Below, one piece after another: positions 37,575 through 50,748 of a DNA stretch of 64,000 nucleotides. Under the pieces are notes generated by a model. It did not search any database, had not been told where the DNA came from, and saw only the letters and a list, made by a program, of their open reading frames with translations. The position numbers and the translations under genes were made by a program. How positions within the stretch are numbered: position 1 is the stretch's first letter; every line of letters starts with the position of its first letter. The stretch is from an uncultured delta proteobacterium (lineage in GTDB: Bacteria > Desulfobacterota > Binatia > JACPRU01): assembly GCA_963745025.1 (NCBI GenBank), contig CAVUWD010000007.1, positions 32,001 to 96,000 of the forward strand. The letters run 5' to 3'.

Positions 37575-40109
37575 ATGACCGAGCCAGCCGGGATAGACTC
37601 CGGGCTCACCAGCAAAGAGGTGGGCGCGCGATTGGCGGCCGATGGCTTCAACGAGCTGCCGGCCAGCCAGCGCAGTGGCGTGCTCGCAAGCCTGGCGGAC
37701 ATCGTACGCGAGCCGATGTTCCTGCTGCTGCTCGCTTGCGGCATCGTCTACGTATTCCTCGGCGACCTGCAGGAGGCCCTGATCCTGCTGAGCTTCGTCT
37801 TCCTGGTGGCTGGCATCACCCTCTATCAGGAACGCAAGACGGAGCGTGCGCTGGCTGCGTTGCGCGACCTCACCAGCCCGCGGGCGCTGGTCGTGCGGGA
37901 CGGCGGCCGGCAACGCATCCCTGGCCGCGAGGTGGTTAGAGGCGATGTGCTGGTACTGTCGGAGGGCGATCGCGTCGCCGCCGATGCGGCGGTGGTGTCA
38001 TGCTTCAATCTGTCGACCGACGAATCACTTCTAACCGGCGAATCGGTGCCCGTTCACAAGACCACCTGGGACGGAACCAGTTCCATCATCCAGCCAGGTG
38101 GCGACGGACAGCCGTTCGTCTTCGCCGGCACACTGGTCACACGGGGGCACGGCATCGCCGTGGTGCAACGCGTCGGAGCGCACACCGAGATCGGCAGGAT
38201 CGGCAAGGCGCTGCAGACAGTTGCACCGGAACGCAGTGCCTTGCAGCGCGAGACGGCCCGACTGGTGCGCTGGCTCGCAGCCATCGGCGTCGCCCTGTGC
38301 GTGCTGGTGGTGCTTGCCTACGGCTTGACCCGAGCCGACTGGCTGAACGGCTTCCTCGCCGGACTGACCCTCGCCATGGCGATCATGCCGAACGAGTTCC
38401 CCGCGGTGCTGACCGTGTTCCTGGCCCTCGGGGCGTGGCGCATCTCGCAGCAGCGCGTGCTCACGCGGCGCGTGGCAGCGCTGGGGACGCTGGGCTCGAC
38501 CACCGTGTTGTGCGTCGACAAGACCGGCACCCTCACCCTCAACCAGATGGCGGTTCGCAAGCTGTTCACCGAGAAGGCCGACTACGATGTGCCGTCGGAC
38601 CCGGCCGCGCCGCTTCCCGAGGAGGTTCACGAGCTGGTCGAATTCGGCATCCTCGCAAGCCAGCGTGACCCGTTCGATCCGATGGAGAAGGCATTCCAGG
38701 CTCTCGGCCAGCGTCGACTCGCCGGCACCGAGCATCTCCATCCCAACTGGAAGCTGGTCCGCCAGTACGCGCTTTCGGAACAGCTTCTGGCTCTGTCACA
38801 CGTCTGGCGCTCGCCCGATGGGCGCGAGTATGTGATCGCCGCCAAAGGGGCTCCCGAGGCGATCGCCGACCTCTGCCACCTGAGCGCGGGGCAGCAAGCA
38901 AAGTTGCTGGCCCAGGTAGAGAACATGGGTGCCGACGGCCTGCGTGTGCTCGGTGTGGCTCGCGCATGGTTTGCGCCAGACGCACTGCCGACGGAACAGC
39001 ACGATTTCGCCTTCGAGCTACTGGGCCTCGTCGGGCTCGCCGACCCGGTGCGCGACAACGTGCCGAACTCGATCCAAGAATGCTACGCGGCCGGTATCCG
39101 CGTGGCGATGATCACCGGCGACCATCCGCACACCGCCCAGAGCATCGCCCGCCAGATCGGGCTGCGGTCGCCGGAGAATGCATTGACGGGCGCCGATCTC
39201 AACCAGCTCAGCGATGCGCAACTCAGGCAGCAGGTACGGACCGCGAACATCTTCGCCCGCGTCGCCCCGGAGCAGAAGCTGCGCCTGGTACAGGCGCTGC
39301 AGGCCAACGGTGAGGTCGTCGCCATGACTGGCGACGGGGTGAACGACGCGCCGGCCCTCAAGGCAGCCGACATCGGAATCGCCATGGGCGGTCGTGGCAC
39401 GGACGTCGCGCGTGAGGCATCGGCGCTCGTGGTGTCGGACGACGACTTCTCCTCGATCGTCCAGGCGATCCGTTCCGGGCGCCGTGTCTTCGAGAATCTC
39501 AAGAACGCCATGGCCTACATCCTGGCGATTCATCTGCCGATCGCAGGGATGTCGCTCATTCCGGTCGTGCTCCGGCTGCCAATGGTGCTGCTGCCGGTGC
39601 ACATCGCCTTCCTGCATCTGATCATCGAGCCGGCCTGCTCAGTGGTCTTCGAAGCCGAGCCAGAGCATCGCACGATCATGCGCCGCCCGCCGCGCAATCC
39701 AAAAGACCCACTCTTCGGAGCCCGCCTGCTTGGCTTGAGCGCCCTCCAGGGAGCCAGCGTGCTGCTCATCGTCCTCGGCGTGTTCGTGATCGCGCTGTCT
39801 CGCGGACTGGTCGAAGACGATGCGCGCGCCTTGACCTTCACGACGCTGATCGTCGCCAACTTCGGGTTGATCTTCAGCAATCGATCCTGGGATCAAACCA
39901 TTCTGGAAACGCTGCACGTACCCAATCGCGCTCTCTGGTGGGTCGTCGCCGGAGGCCTCGCCCTGCTCGCCATAGTGCTCTACACGCCGGCCGTTCGCGA
40001 TCTGTTTCGCATGGCCCAGCAACACCCCAGCGACGTTGCGATCGCGGTGGTCGCCGGGTTCTCCAGTATCGTCTGGTTCGAAGCAATCAAAGTGCTGAGC
40101 CGTCTATAG
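37575..40109 (+). CDS. Cation-transporting P-type ATPase (type II)
   Basis: LTGES, DKTGTLT, KGAPE, TGD and GDGVNDAPALK motifs; TM4 reads PNEFP. Confidence 0.95.
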   Translation: MTEPAGIDSGLTSKEVGARLAADGFNELPASQRSGVLASLADIVREPMFLLLLACGIVYVFLGDLQEALILLSFVFLVAGITLYQERKTERALAALRDLTSPRALVVRDGGRQRIPGREVVRGDVLVLSEGDRVAADAAVVSCFNLSTDESLLTGESVPVHKTTWDGTSSIIQPGGDGQPFVFAGTLVTRGHGIAVVQRVGAHTEIGRIGKALQTVAPERSALQRETARLVRWLAAIGVALCVLVVLAYGLTRADWLNGFLAGLTLAMAIMPNEFPAVLTVFLALGAWRISQQRVLTRRVAALGTLGSTTVLCVDKTGTLTLNQMAVRKLFTEKADYDVPSDPAAPLPEEVHELVEFGILASQRDPFDPMEKAFQALGQRRLAGTEHLHPNWKLVRQYALSEQLLALSHVWRSPDGREYVIAAKGAPEAIADLCHLSAGQQAKLLAQVENMGADGLRVLGVARAWFAPDALPTEQHDFAFELLGLVGLADPVRDNVPNSIQECYAAGIRVAMITGDHPHTAQSIARQIGLRSPENALTGADLNQLSDAQLRQQVRTANIFARVAPEQKLRLVQALQANGEVVAMTGDGVNDAPALKAADIGIAMGGRGTDVAREASALVVSDDDFSSIVQAIRSGRRVFENLKNAMAYILAIHLPIAGMSLIPVVLRLPMVLLPVHIAFLHLIIEPACSVVFEAEPEHRTIMRRPPRNPKDPLFGARLLGLSALQGASVLLIVLGVFVIALSRGLVEDDARALTFTTLIVANFGLIFSNRSWDQTILETLHVPNRALWWVVAGGLALLAIVLYTPAVRDLFRMAQQHPSDVAIAVVAGFSSIVWFEAIKVLSRL

Positions 40110-40218
40110 GCCGTCTATGGGCCCGGACGGCGAAGCCGCAGCGAGGAACGGGAGCCCGCAGTCGCCCGGCTCGTGGGGCCTTATGACGGGTCGCGAATGC
40201 GCGGCATCTTAACGCGGC

Positions 40219-41046
40219 TTGACGGGAGAAGCTGTGACGCGCGATTGGAGGGAAGCCATGGAAGCCGAGCCCAGCGAGGCGGTCACCGCCGGCAGCGCGC
40301 AACCGTCGCGGCCATCCGCACGGCGGTCGCGCCTGCAGCATCGTTTGTACGTGGCCGCCGGAGTGATCTTCGGCTACCTCCTCATGGCCTATGTCGTGGC
40401 TCCGCTCTTCTGGCGGACCGCGATCGAGGACGACCCCAGGCTAGGCGGCGGGCCGCGCGTCACGCATACCGCAAGCGGCATTCCCGGCGACCCGGTCAAC
40501 ATCGCCCTGGTGGGTTCGGAATCGGATGTCATCCAGGTGATGACCAAGGCGGGCTGGTTCCCGGCGAGCCCAATCACCTTCGACAGCAGTGTCCGCATCA
40601 CGGCCGACTCGGCGCTCGGCCGGCCGGACGACGAGGCGCCGGTCAGCAACCTCTACCTCTTCGGGCGCAAGGAGGATCTGGCCTTCGAACAGCCGGTCGG
40701 CGACAGTCCGCGCCAGCGGCATCACGTGCGGTTCTGGCGCTGGGATGAGCTGGAGGACAACCGCCCGGTGTGGTTTGGTGCGGCGACGTTCGACGAGCGC
40801 GTCGGTCTCAGCTACACAACGGGGCAGGTGACGCACCACATCGGTCCGGACGTGGACGCCGAGCGGGACCGCATCGTCGCCGAACTCAGAAAGGCGGGCG
40901 AGGTGCAGGAGGTGATCTGGAAGGACCACTTTCACAAGGAACTGCGAGGTCGAAACGGCGGCGGCGACCCATGGCATACGGACGGCCGTCTCGCTGAAAT
41001 CGTCCTCGTCGCGAACCCGCCGGCCATTCCGACGAACCCTCCGTGA
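40219..41046 (+). CDS. LssY C-terminal domain protein
   Basis: GDPVNIALVG, APVSNLYLFGR, RHHVRFW, THHIGPDVDAERD and TDG motifs; start may be 40258. Confidence 0.85.
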   Translation: MTGEAVTRDWREAMEAEPSEAVTAGSAQPSRPSARRSRLQHRLYVAAGVIFGYLLMAYVVAPLFWRTAIEDDPRLGGGPRVTHTASGIPGDPVNIALVGSESDVIQVMTKAGWFPASPITFDSSVRITADSALGRPDDEAPVSNLYLFGRKEDLAFEQPVGDSPRQRHHVRFWRWDELEDNRPVWFGAATFDERVGLSYTTGQVTHHIGPDVDAERDRIVAELRKAGEVQEVIWKDHFHKELRGRNGGGDPWHTDGRLAEIVLVANPPAIPTNPP

Positions 41047-41245
41047 GAGGCGTGCCGTTCGTCTTCCGACGAGGCGTGGAGTCGATGCGGAAGAGCGTAG
41101 AAGGGTCAATCGAGAGCCGTGATCCTCCAGAACACATCTTTCTCTAAACCGCACCAGAGGCCCTTTCGTTTCACATCGCTTCGCTATTCACTGATCGAGA
41201 TGTTTTCGGATTGAGGTTGGTCTCCAGGTTGCTCCGGAAAAAGTC

Positions 41246-42559
41246 ATGACGACCCAGCAGAAGAAGATGGCGATCCTCGTAGCAGGCGGACCTGCACCCG
41301 GCATCAACAGCGTGATCAGCGCCGCGACCATCCGCGGCGAGCTCGAAGGAGTCGACGTTGTCGGTATCCGCGACGGCTTTGAGTGGCTCATGCAGGGCAA
41401 CATCGATTACGTCACCCCGCTGACCATCGAGAACGTGAGCCGCATCCACTTCCGTGGTGGGTCGTACATCGGCATCTCGCGCGCCAACCCTACGCTCAAG
41501 CCCGCTCACCTCGAGAACACGATCATCTCACTTCTGCGCTTGAACGTCTCGCAGCTCATCACGATAGGCGGCGACGACACGGCCTTCTCTGCCATGAAGC
41601 TCGAGGAGCAGTCGCAAGGGCGGATCCGCGTGGTGCATGTGCCCAAGACGATCGACAATGACCTCCTCCTGCCCGCTTATGTCGATACGTTCGGCTTCCA
41701 AACCGCACGCCACTACGGCGTCGACATCGTCAAGAACCTGATGGTCGACGCCAAGACGACTTCACGATGGTACTTCATCATCACGATGGGCCGGAAGGCC
41801 GGCCATCTGGCACTCGGCATCGGCAAAGCGGCGGGCGCCACGCTGACACTCATCCCCGAGGAGTTTGCCGGCCAGCCGCGCCGGCTGAATGCGATCGTCG
41901 ACACGCTCGTGGGCGCCATCATCAAACGCCTGAGTTACGGGCGACGTGACGGCAGCGCGATCATCGCCGAGGGTCTCTTCCTCGACCTCGACCCACAGGA
42001 TGTGACGCAGCTCGAGGGCGTCGAGCGCGACGATTACGGAAACCTTCGGGTCGCTGAAGTGACCATCGGCGAGATCCTCAAGGCCCAGGCGAACAAGCGA
42101 CTCAACGAATTTGGCATCAAGGCGACGATCGTCGCGAAAAATATCGGCTACGAGCTTCGCTGTGCCGACCCCATCCCCTACGACATGGAGTACACGCGTG
42201 ACCTCGGGTACTGCGCGGCCAAGTACCTGCTCTCCGGCGGCAATGGGGTGATGATTTCGATGCAAGGCGGACGCTTCGTCCCGGTGCCGCTCGGAAGTCT
42301 CATCGATCCAGCTACGGGGCGGACCCGGATTCGCTTGGTCGACATTCACTCGACACGCTACGCGATTGCCCGCCGCTACATGCTCCGCTTGCGCCGCGAT
42401 GACTTCGAGGATCCCCACGAGCTCGCAAGGTTTGCAGCGACGGCGCACATGTCTCTCGAGGAATTTCGGAAGCAGTTCGAGCACCTCGTGCACAGTGAGC
42501 CACCGCCCCTCGCGCTCGACCTGGGGATCGAGGAGCCGCTGGGCGAACATGGCCGGTGA
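41246..42559 (+). CDS. pfp: Pyrophosphate-dependent phosphofructokinase
   Basis: GGPAPGIN, GGDDT (Asp diagnostic of PPi use), PKTIDND, MGR and GYELRC motifs. Confidence 0.9.
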   Translation: MTTQQKKMAILVAGGPAPGINSVISAATIRGELEGVDVVGIRDGFEWLMQGNIDYVTPLTIENVSRIHFRGGSYIGISRANPTLKPAHLENTIISLLRLNVSQLITIGGDDTAFSAMKLEEQSQGRIRVVHVPKTIDNDLLLPAYVDTFGFQTARHYGVDIVKNLMVDAKTTSRWYFIITMGRKAGHLALGIGKAAGATLTLIPEEFAGQPRRLNAIVDTLVGAIIKRLSYGRRDGSAIIAEGLFLDLDPQDVTQLEGVERDDYGNLRVAEVTIGEILKAQANKRLNEFGIKATIVAKNIGYELRCADPIPYDMEYTRDLGYCAAKYLLSGGNGVMISMQGGRFVPVPLGSLIDPATGRTRIRLVDIHSTRYAIARRYMLRLRRDDFEDPHELARFAATAHMSLEEFRKQFEHLVHSEPPPLALDLGIEEPLGEHGR

Positions 42560-42608
42560 GTCGGCTCTGCCATAACTCCACCACCACATCCTCGAGGGGA
42601 GAAACCTC

Positions 42609-44768
42609 ATGTCCGCCGTTTTGAGTTCTGCAGCTGCCGGTCAGAAAACCGTCCTCGGCGCCTGTCCCCACGATTGCCCGGACACCTGCTCCATGCTGGT
42701 CACCGTCGAGAACGACCGCGTGGTGAAGGTGCGCGGCAACCCGGATCATCCGTTTACCGAGGGGCGCCTATGCGTGAAGGTCAACCACTACGAGGAGCGC
42801 ATCCACCACGCGGACCGCGTCCTCTATCCCCTCAAGCGCAGCGGGCCGAAGGGATCGGGGCAGTTCGCCCGAATCAGCTGGCAGGCTGCGATGGAAGAGA
42901 TCGCCTCGCGCTGGAAGCAGATCATCAAGGAGCACGGCCCCACAGCCATCCTGCCCTATAGCTACATGGGCACGCAGGGCATCCTCAACGGCATGAACGT
43001 CGGCGACCCGTTCTTCAACAAGCTGGGGGCAACCATCACCGAGCGCACCTTCTGCGACTCGGGCGCGTGTACCGGCTACATGATGACTGTGGGTCCTACG
43101 CCCGGCACGGACCCGGAGAGCTTCGTCCACTCGCGCTACGTCATCCTGTGGGCGTGCAATACCGTCAGCACCAATCTGCACCACTGGCCCTTCATCGCCG
43201 AGGCGCAGAAGCGCGGCGCCAAGATCGTGGTGATCGACCCGGTCAAGACCCGCACCGCGCGGCAGGCCGACTGGCACATTCCCATCAAACCCGGCACCGA
43301 CGGCGCGCTGGCGCTGGCGATGATCAACGTGATCACCGGCGAAGGCTTGGTGGACAAGGAGTACGTGGAGAAGTACACGGTCGGCTACGACGAACTGGCC
43401 GAGCGCGCGCAGGCAGTACGCCCCGGAGAGGGTCGCGTCGATCACGGGCATAGCGGCCGAAGACATCCGCAAGCTGGCGCGGGAATACGCGACGACGCGC
43501 CCCTCGGTGATCCGGATCGGCGTGGCGATTGAGCGCCATTCCGGAGGCGGGCAGAGCAGTGCGGGCGCTGACCTGCCTGCCCGCGCTGGTGGGAGCCTGG
43601 CGCGACGTGGGCGGGGGGATCCTGCAGCTTCCCATGTGGGCTTTCCCGGTGAAGTGGAATGCGCTCATGCGGCCGGACTGGATCAAGCCCGGCACGCGCG
43701 TGCTCAACCAGTGGAAGCTGGGCGCTGCGCTTACCGGCGAGCTGAAGCTGGACCCGCCCGATGAAGTCGCTGTTCGTGTACAACGCCAACCCCGTGGTGG
43801 TGGCACCCGAGCAGGAAAAGATCGTCAAGGGGCTAGCGCGCGAAGACCTGTTCACGGTGGTGAGCGAGCATTTCATCACCGACACCGCCAGCTACGCGGA
43901 CATCGTGTTGCCCGCCACCACGCAGATGGAGCAGCACGAGCTCATGTTCTCCTGGGGGCACTTCTATCTTTCGCTCAACCAGAAGGCGATCTCGCCGCGC
44001 GGGGAGGCGGTGCCCAACACCGAGCTGTTCCGGCGCTTGGCCGCGGCCATGGACTTCGACGATCCGCACTTCAAGCGCAGCGACGAGCAGATGGCGGTGG
44101 AGTCGCTCGACTGGGCGAGCCCAGCGATGGCCGGCATCACCATGGAGGAACTCCAGCGCAAGGGCTACGCGCGGTTGAAGGTCGGCACCCCCGACACCTA
44201 CGCACCGCATGCGGAAGGCAATTTCCCGACGCGGTCGGGCAAAGTCGAGCTGAAGGCCTCGATGGCGGCCGGCGGCAACTTCGTGCTGCCATTGTTTCGC
44301 CAGGGCTCGAAGGAATTCCAGGACGGCGCCTCGGTGGATCCGTTGCCGACTTTCATTCTGCCGCAGGAGTCAGCCGACACCAACCCGGCGCTGGCCGCGA
44401 AGTATCCGCTGAACATCCTGACGCCCAAGAACCACGCCTTCCTCAACTCGGGCTACGCCAACATGGCGCGCCAGCTCGGCCATGCGGGCGAGCAGTACGT
44501 GATGATCCATCCGACGGACGCCCGGGCCCGCGGCATCGCCGAGGGCGAACGCGTGGAAGTGTTCAACGACCGCGGCCGCTTTCTGGCCGACGCACAAGTG
44601 AGCGACGAGGTGCGGCAGGGCGTGATCGTGTCGCCGCTCGGCTATTGGGCGTCGGTCAGCCCGGATGGGCGATCGGTCAATGCGGTGAACGCGTCGAGAT
44701 ACGCGGACATGGGCCGGGCGCCGACGTTCTCCGATACGCTGGTGGAAGTGCGGCGGGTCGAGGCGTAA
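42609..44768 (+). CDS. Mo-bisPGD oxidoreductase (YyaE/MopB_3-like), frameshifted at about 43410, 43555 and 43760
   Basis: CPHDCPDTC...C Fe-S motif, TFC, PGTDGALA, TDTASYADIVLPA and IHPTDA...VFNDRG across frames. Confidence 0.85.
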
Positions 44769-44887
44769 CGTTGTGGCGACTCCACAGGCTGCGGGCGAGC
44801 GGGAATCACACGGCTGGTTCACCGAGGGTTTCGACACTGCCGACCTCGAGGACGCCTAGTCCCTCCTCAACCGGCCGAGCGCCTGAC

Positions 44888-45120
44888 ATGCGCTGTTCAA
44901 AATCCTCTGTGGATAATCGCGAGGGACGGAAATTCTGTGCGGAGTGCGGCGCACCGCTGAGCGCTCGGTGTCCGTCATGTGGCGCTGAGAACGAGCCGGC
45001 AGCAAAGTTCTGCGGTGAATGCGGTAGCCCGCTGGCCGGCAATGCTCAATTGGGTTCATTCACGGCACCGCCGGCGCAATCGATGGCCCCGAGATTCGCG
45101 TTACGCCCGAGGAGCTACGG
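44888..45120 (+). pseudogene. Double-zinc-ribbon N-terminus typical of adenylate/guanylate cyclase-AAA proteins, truncated
   Basis: MRCSK...KFCAECG...CPSCG...KFCGECG; the frame then runs antisense into the convergent hydrolase. Confidence 0.65.
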
Positions 45121-45137
45121 GCCGTCGCGAGCATCAA

Positions 45138-45986
45138 CTACTTGTTACCGGCGATCTCACTCAGGATGGGAAGCAGATACTCGCGAAACTTGCGCGGGTT
45201 TTCGCTCATGGGAAAGTGCCCGTTGTCCCGCATTTCAGTGAACCTCGCCCCTTTGACGCGCTCGACCAGTTTGCGCGTATCGGCAGGACTGGTCGCGAAA
45301 TCATATTCACCGGTCAGCAGATACAGCGGACACTTGCTGGTATCGATGCGGTCTGCGTACCGCTCGGCATCGTATTCGACCGAGTAATAGTAAAGATCGC
45401 CCTTGAACACCATTGGTGCACCCTGGCTATATCCGAAGATCGTCTCACGGATATTCGGCTCCGGACTGGATGGCGCGCACAGTCCGTACATCGTCGCCGG
45501 CTTCGCTTCATTGCTGATGCGCGGGTGGTAGAACTGATCGAGGTAATAGCCCGGGCTGTTGAGCGACGCTTCGACGCCGATGACGGCACGGAAGCGGTCC
45601 GGGTGGTGTGCCGCGAGATCGACAGCAACCTGACCGCCCATCGAACAGCCGATGAATACCGGGCGGTCCAATTCGAGTTCGGCGGCAAACGTCAGGATGA
45701 ACTTGAGAAAGAAATCTCGGGTCAGGTTATAGGGTTTCTCCCAGTGACGATCGCCGATTGGCGGCAGTGATTTGCCGTGGAAAGGCAGATCCCAGGCGAA
45801 GACCCGGAAGTTCCGCGTGATTTCCGGATCCTCCAGCAGATGCCGCCATTGGAAGCCGTGCGCACCCGCAGTGTGCTGGCAGATCAGCGGGATCCCGGTC
45901 CCGTTCGCTTCGTAATAGACGCGGTATTCGATGCCGTTGATGCTCAGATGGACGTAGCGCCCGACGGCCTGATCGTGTCGTGCCAT
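45138..45986 (-). CDS. Alpha/beta fold hydrolase, paralog of 66..920
   Basis: QHTAG, WRHLLEDPEIT, GCSMGG, YSQGAP-VFKGDL and GHFPMSENP shared with 66..920. Confidence 0.9.
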   Translation of the reverse strand: MARHDQAVGRYVHLSINGIEYRVYYEANGTGIPLICQHTAGAHGFQWRHLLEDPEITRNFRVFAWDLPFHGKSLPPIGDRHWEKPYNLTRDFFLKFILTFAAELELDRPVFIGCSMGGQVAVDLAAHHPDRFRAVIGVEASLNSPGYYLDQFYHPRISNEAKPATMYGLCAPSSPEPNIRETIFGYSQGAPMVFKGDLYYYSVEYDAERYADRIDTSKCPLYLLTGEYDFATSPADTRKLVERVKGARFTEMRDNGHFPMSENPRKFREYLLPILSEIAGNK

Positions 45987-45998
45987 GGCGTCAACCCC

Positions 45999-46373
45999 TC
46001 AATTCGTCGCGTGTTCGCGCATGATCTGGAACATGCGCCGGAAAGCCCCGTAGTACGCGAAAAAAGTTTCCGAGTCACCTGCCCAATCGAACTCTTTGCG
46101 CACGATGGCCGCGAACATGTCGTGGAAGAACGGTTTTGGTAGAGGCTTCAGGAATTCCCGCCAGCTGGCAACGGAGCCTCGGATCGTGATGTCGGCGCTG
46201 TCGAATAGCGCCGGGTGGTCGATCCCGGTCATTTTGCCGCCGCGAAACTGCAGCAGCAGAGCTTCGTCACCGAAATGAAGCTTGAGTGCGCCGTCCAGGA
46301 AGCGTCCCGCAATCTGGAATTCGCCGTCGCGATTGACGGCTTCTTTGAACGCCTGCAAGTCGAACAATGCCAT
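45999..46373 (-). CDS. Small SCP2 sterol-carrier-like hypothetical protein (124 aa)
   Basis: RBS gaggagac; AVNRDGEF...ADITIRGSVASWREF fits an SCP2-like pattern; fold is inferred. Confidence 0.65.
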   Translation of the reverse strand: MALFDLQAFKEAVNRDGEFQIAGRFLDGALKLHFGDEALLLQFRGGKMTGIDHPALFDSADITIRGSVASWREFLKPLPKPFFHDMFAAIVRKEFDWAGDSETFFAYYGAFRRMFQIMREHATN

Positions 46374-46471
46374 GTCTCCTCCTCGCTCCGGCTGGCTGGC
46401 CCGGCTCGATGAACGTCGCGTCGTACCCGTCTGGCGTCGCTCTTCAGCAGGGTCCGTACGCATGCCGCGAT

Positions 46472-48043
<1,572 letters not shown>

Positions 48044-48308
48044 CGCTGCGTACCCTGTCGCGGCTCGCCGTCGAACGCAAGCCCTTCAGTCGACCGTGTC
48101 GAGCATCACCCCGACGTTCGTATCCGCTCCAAACCGGGCGATATGAAATCCATCTTCCAGGAGCACTACCCGGTGCTGCTCGCGGCACTCAAGGCGTGCA
48201 TTACCTGTCCGCGTCCTGATCGCGTCCGCGCGCTTGCCGCGCGTGCGCAGGTGGCCTATCGTCGCACCGGTTCCCTACAAGCCGTGGCAATCTCACGGGA
48301 GAGTGACG

Positions 48309-48749
48309 ATGACCATCGATCAGATGAACGATCTGGAAGCGATCCGCCAGCTCAAGGCGCGTTATTTCCGTCTCATGGACACCCAGCAATGGGAAGCTTG
48401 GGCGGATTGCTTCACCGCCGACGTGTCGGCGTTCTACGAGGGCGCGCCGCGCGCCAATCCCGAGCTACCCGTCGACGTCCGTTGCGAGGGGCGTGCCGAA
48501 CTCATCAAGGGTGTCAGTACGCTGATGAGGGGTGCGAAATCGATTCACCAGGGCTTCATGCCCGAGCTCGAGCTGACCAGCGCAACCACGGCGCGCGGCA
48601 TCTGGGCAATGTTCGACTACGTCATGCTGCCGACCTGCCATTTCGAGGGCTGGGGTCATTATCACGAGGAATACGTCAAGGAAGGCGCGGCGTGGAAGAT
48701 GAAGAAGATTCACCTGACCCGCCTGTACACCAAGGAAAAATTCCTCTGA
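48309..48749 (+). CDS. SnoaL/NTF2-like protein (BaiE/LinA-like)
   Basis: IRQLKARYFRLMD, HQGFMPE, ARGIWAMFD and GWGHYHEEY motifs. Confidence 0.88.
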   Translation: MTIDQMNDLEAIRQLKARYFRLMDTQQWEAWADCFTADVSAFYEGAPRANPELPVDVRCEGRAELIKGVSTLMRGAKSIHQGFMPELELTSATTARGIWAMFDYVMLPTCHFEGWGHYHEEYVKEGAAWKMKKIHLTRLYTKEKFL

Positions 48750-48936
48750 GGCGCCCGGCGAAGTCGGCACTCTTCCTCGAGTTGCTGGGCTGGGTCTCGC
48801 CACATCGAGGTCCAAAACGCTCCATTCCGCCGCTGTGCATATGGAGGCGTGCCAGGCGCGGAATCTGGGCGCTGCTGGAAGCGGCGCAGGAGCCGCCGTG
48901 GAGATGGCGCGAGGAGCGGCGGGAGGAGAGGAGGTC

Positions 48937-50577
<1,641 letters not shown>

Positions 50578-50583
<6 letters not shown>

Positions 50584-50660
50584 ACGTTGTTGAGGAGGCG
50601 GTCGCAGACGGCACCGACGATCGTTGGATCTCTGATGTGATCGTGCCACTCAAGGAGATC
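50578..50660 (-). mobile_element. Remnant of an IS21-family IstB ATPase C-terminus
   Basis: EWHDHIRDPTIVGAVCDRLLNNVHR matches the IstB pattern W...DP..A.A..DRL.H..H. Confidence 0.65.
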
Positions 50661-50748
50661 GCGCCTCAGGATCTCGGATCGAGACGAGCCCCCAGTCGTC
50701 GATGACCAGGACGAGACTCGGCGAGAGAGAAACGTCAATTGCCGCTCG

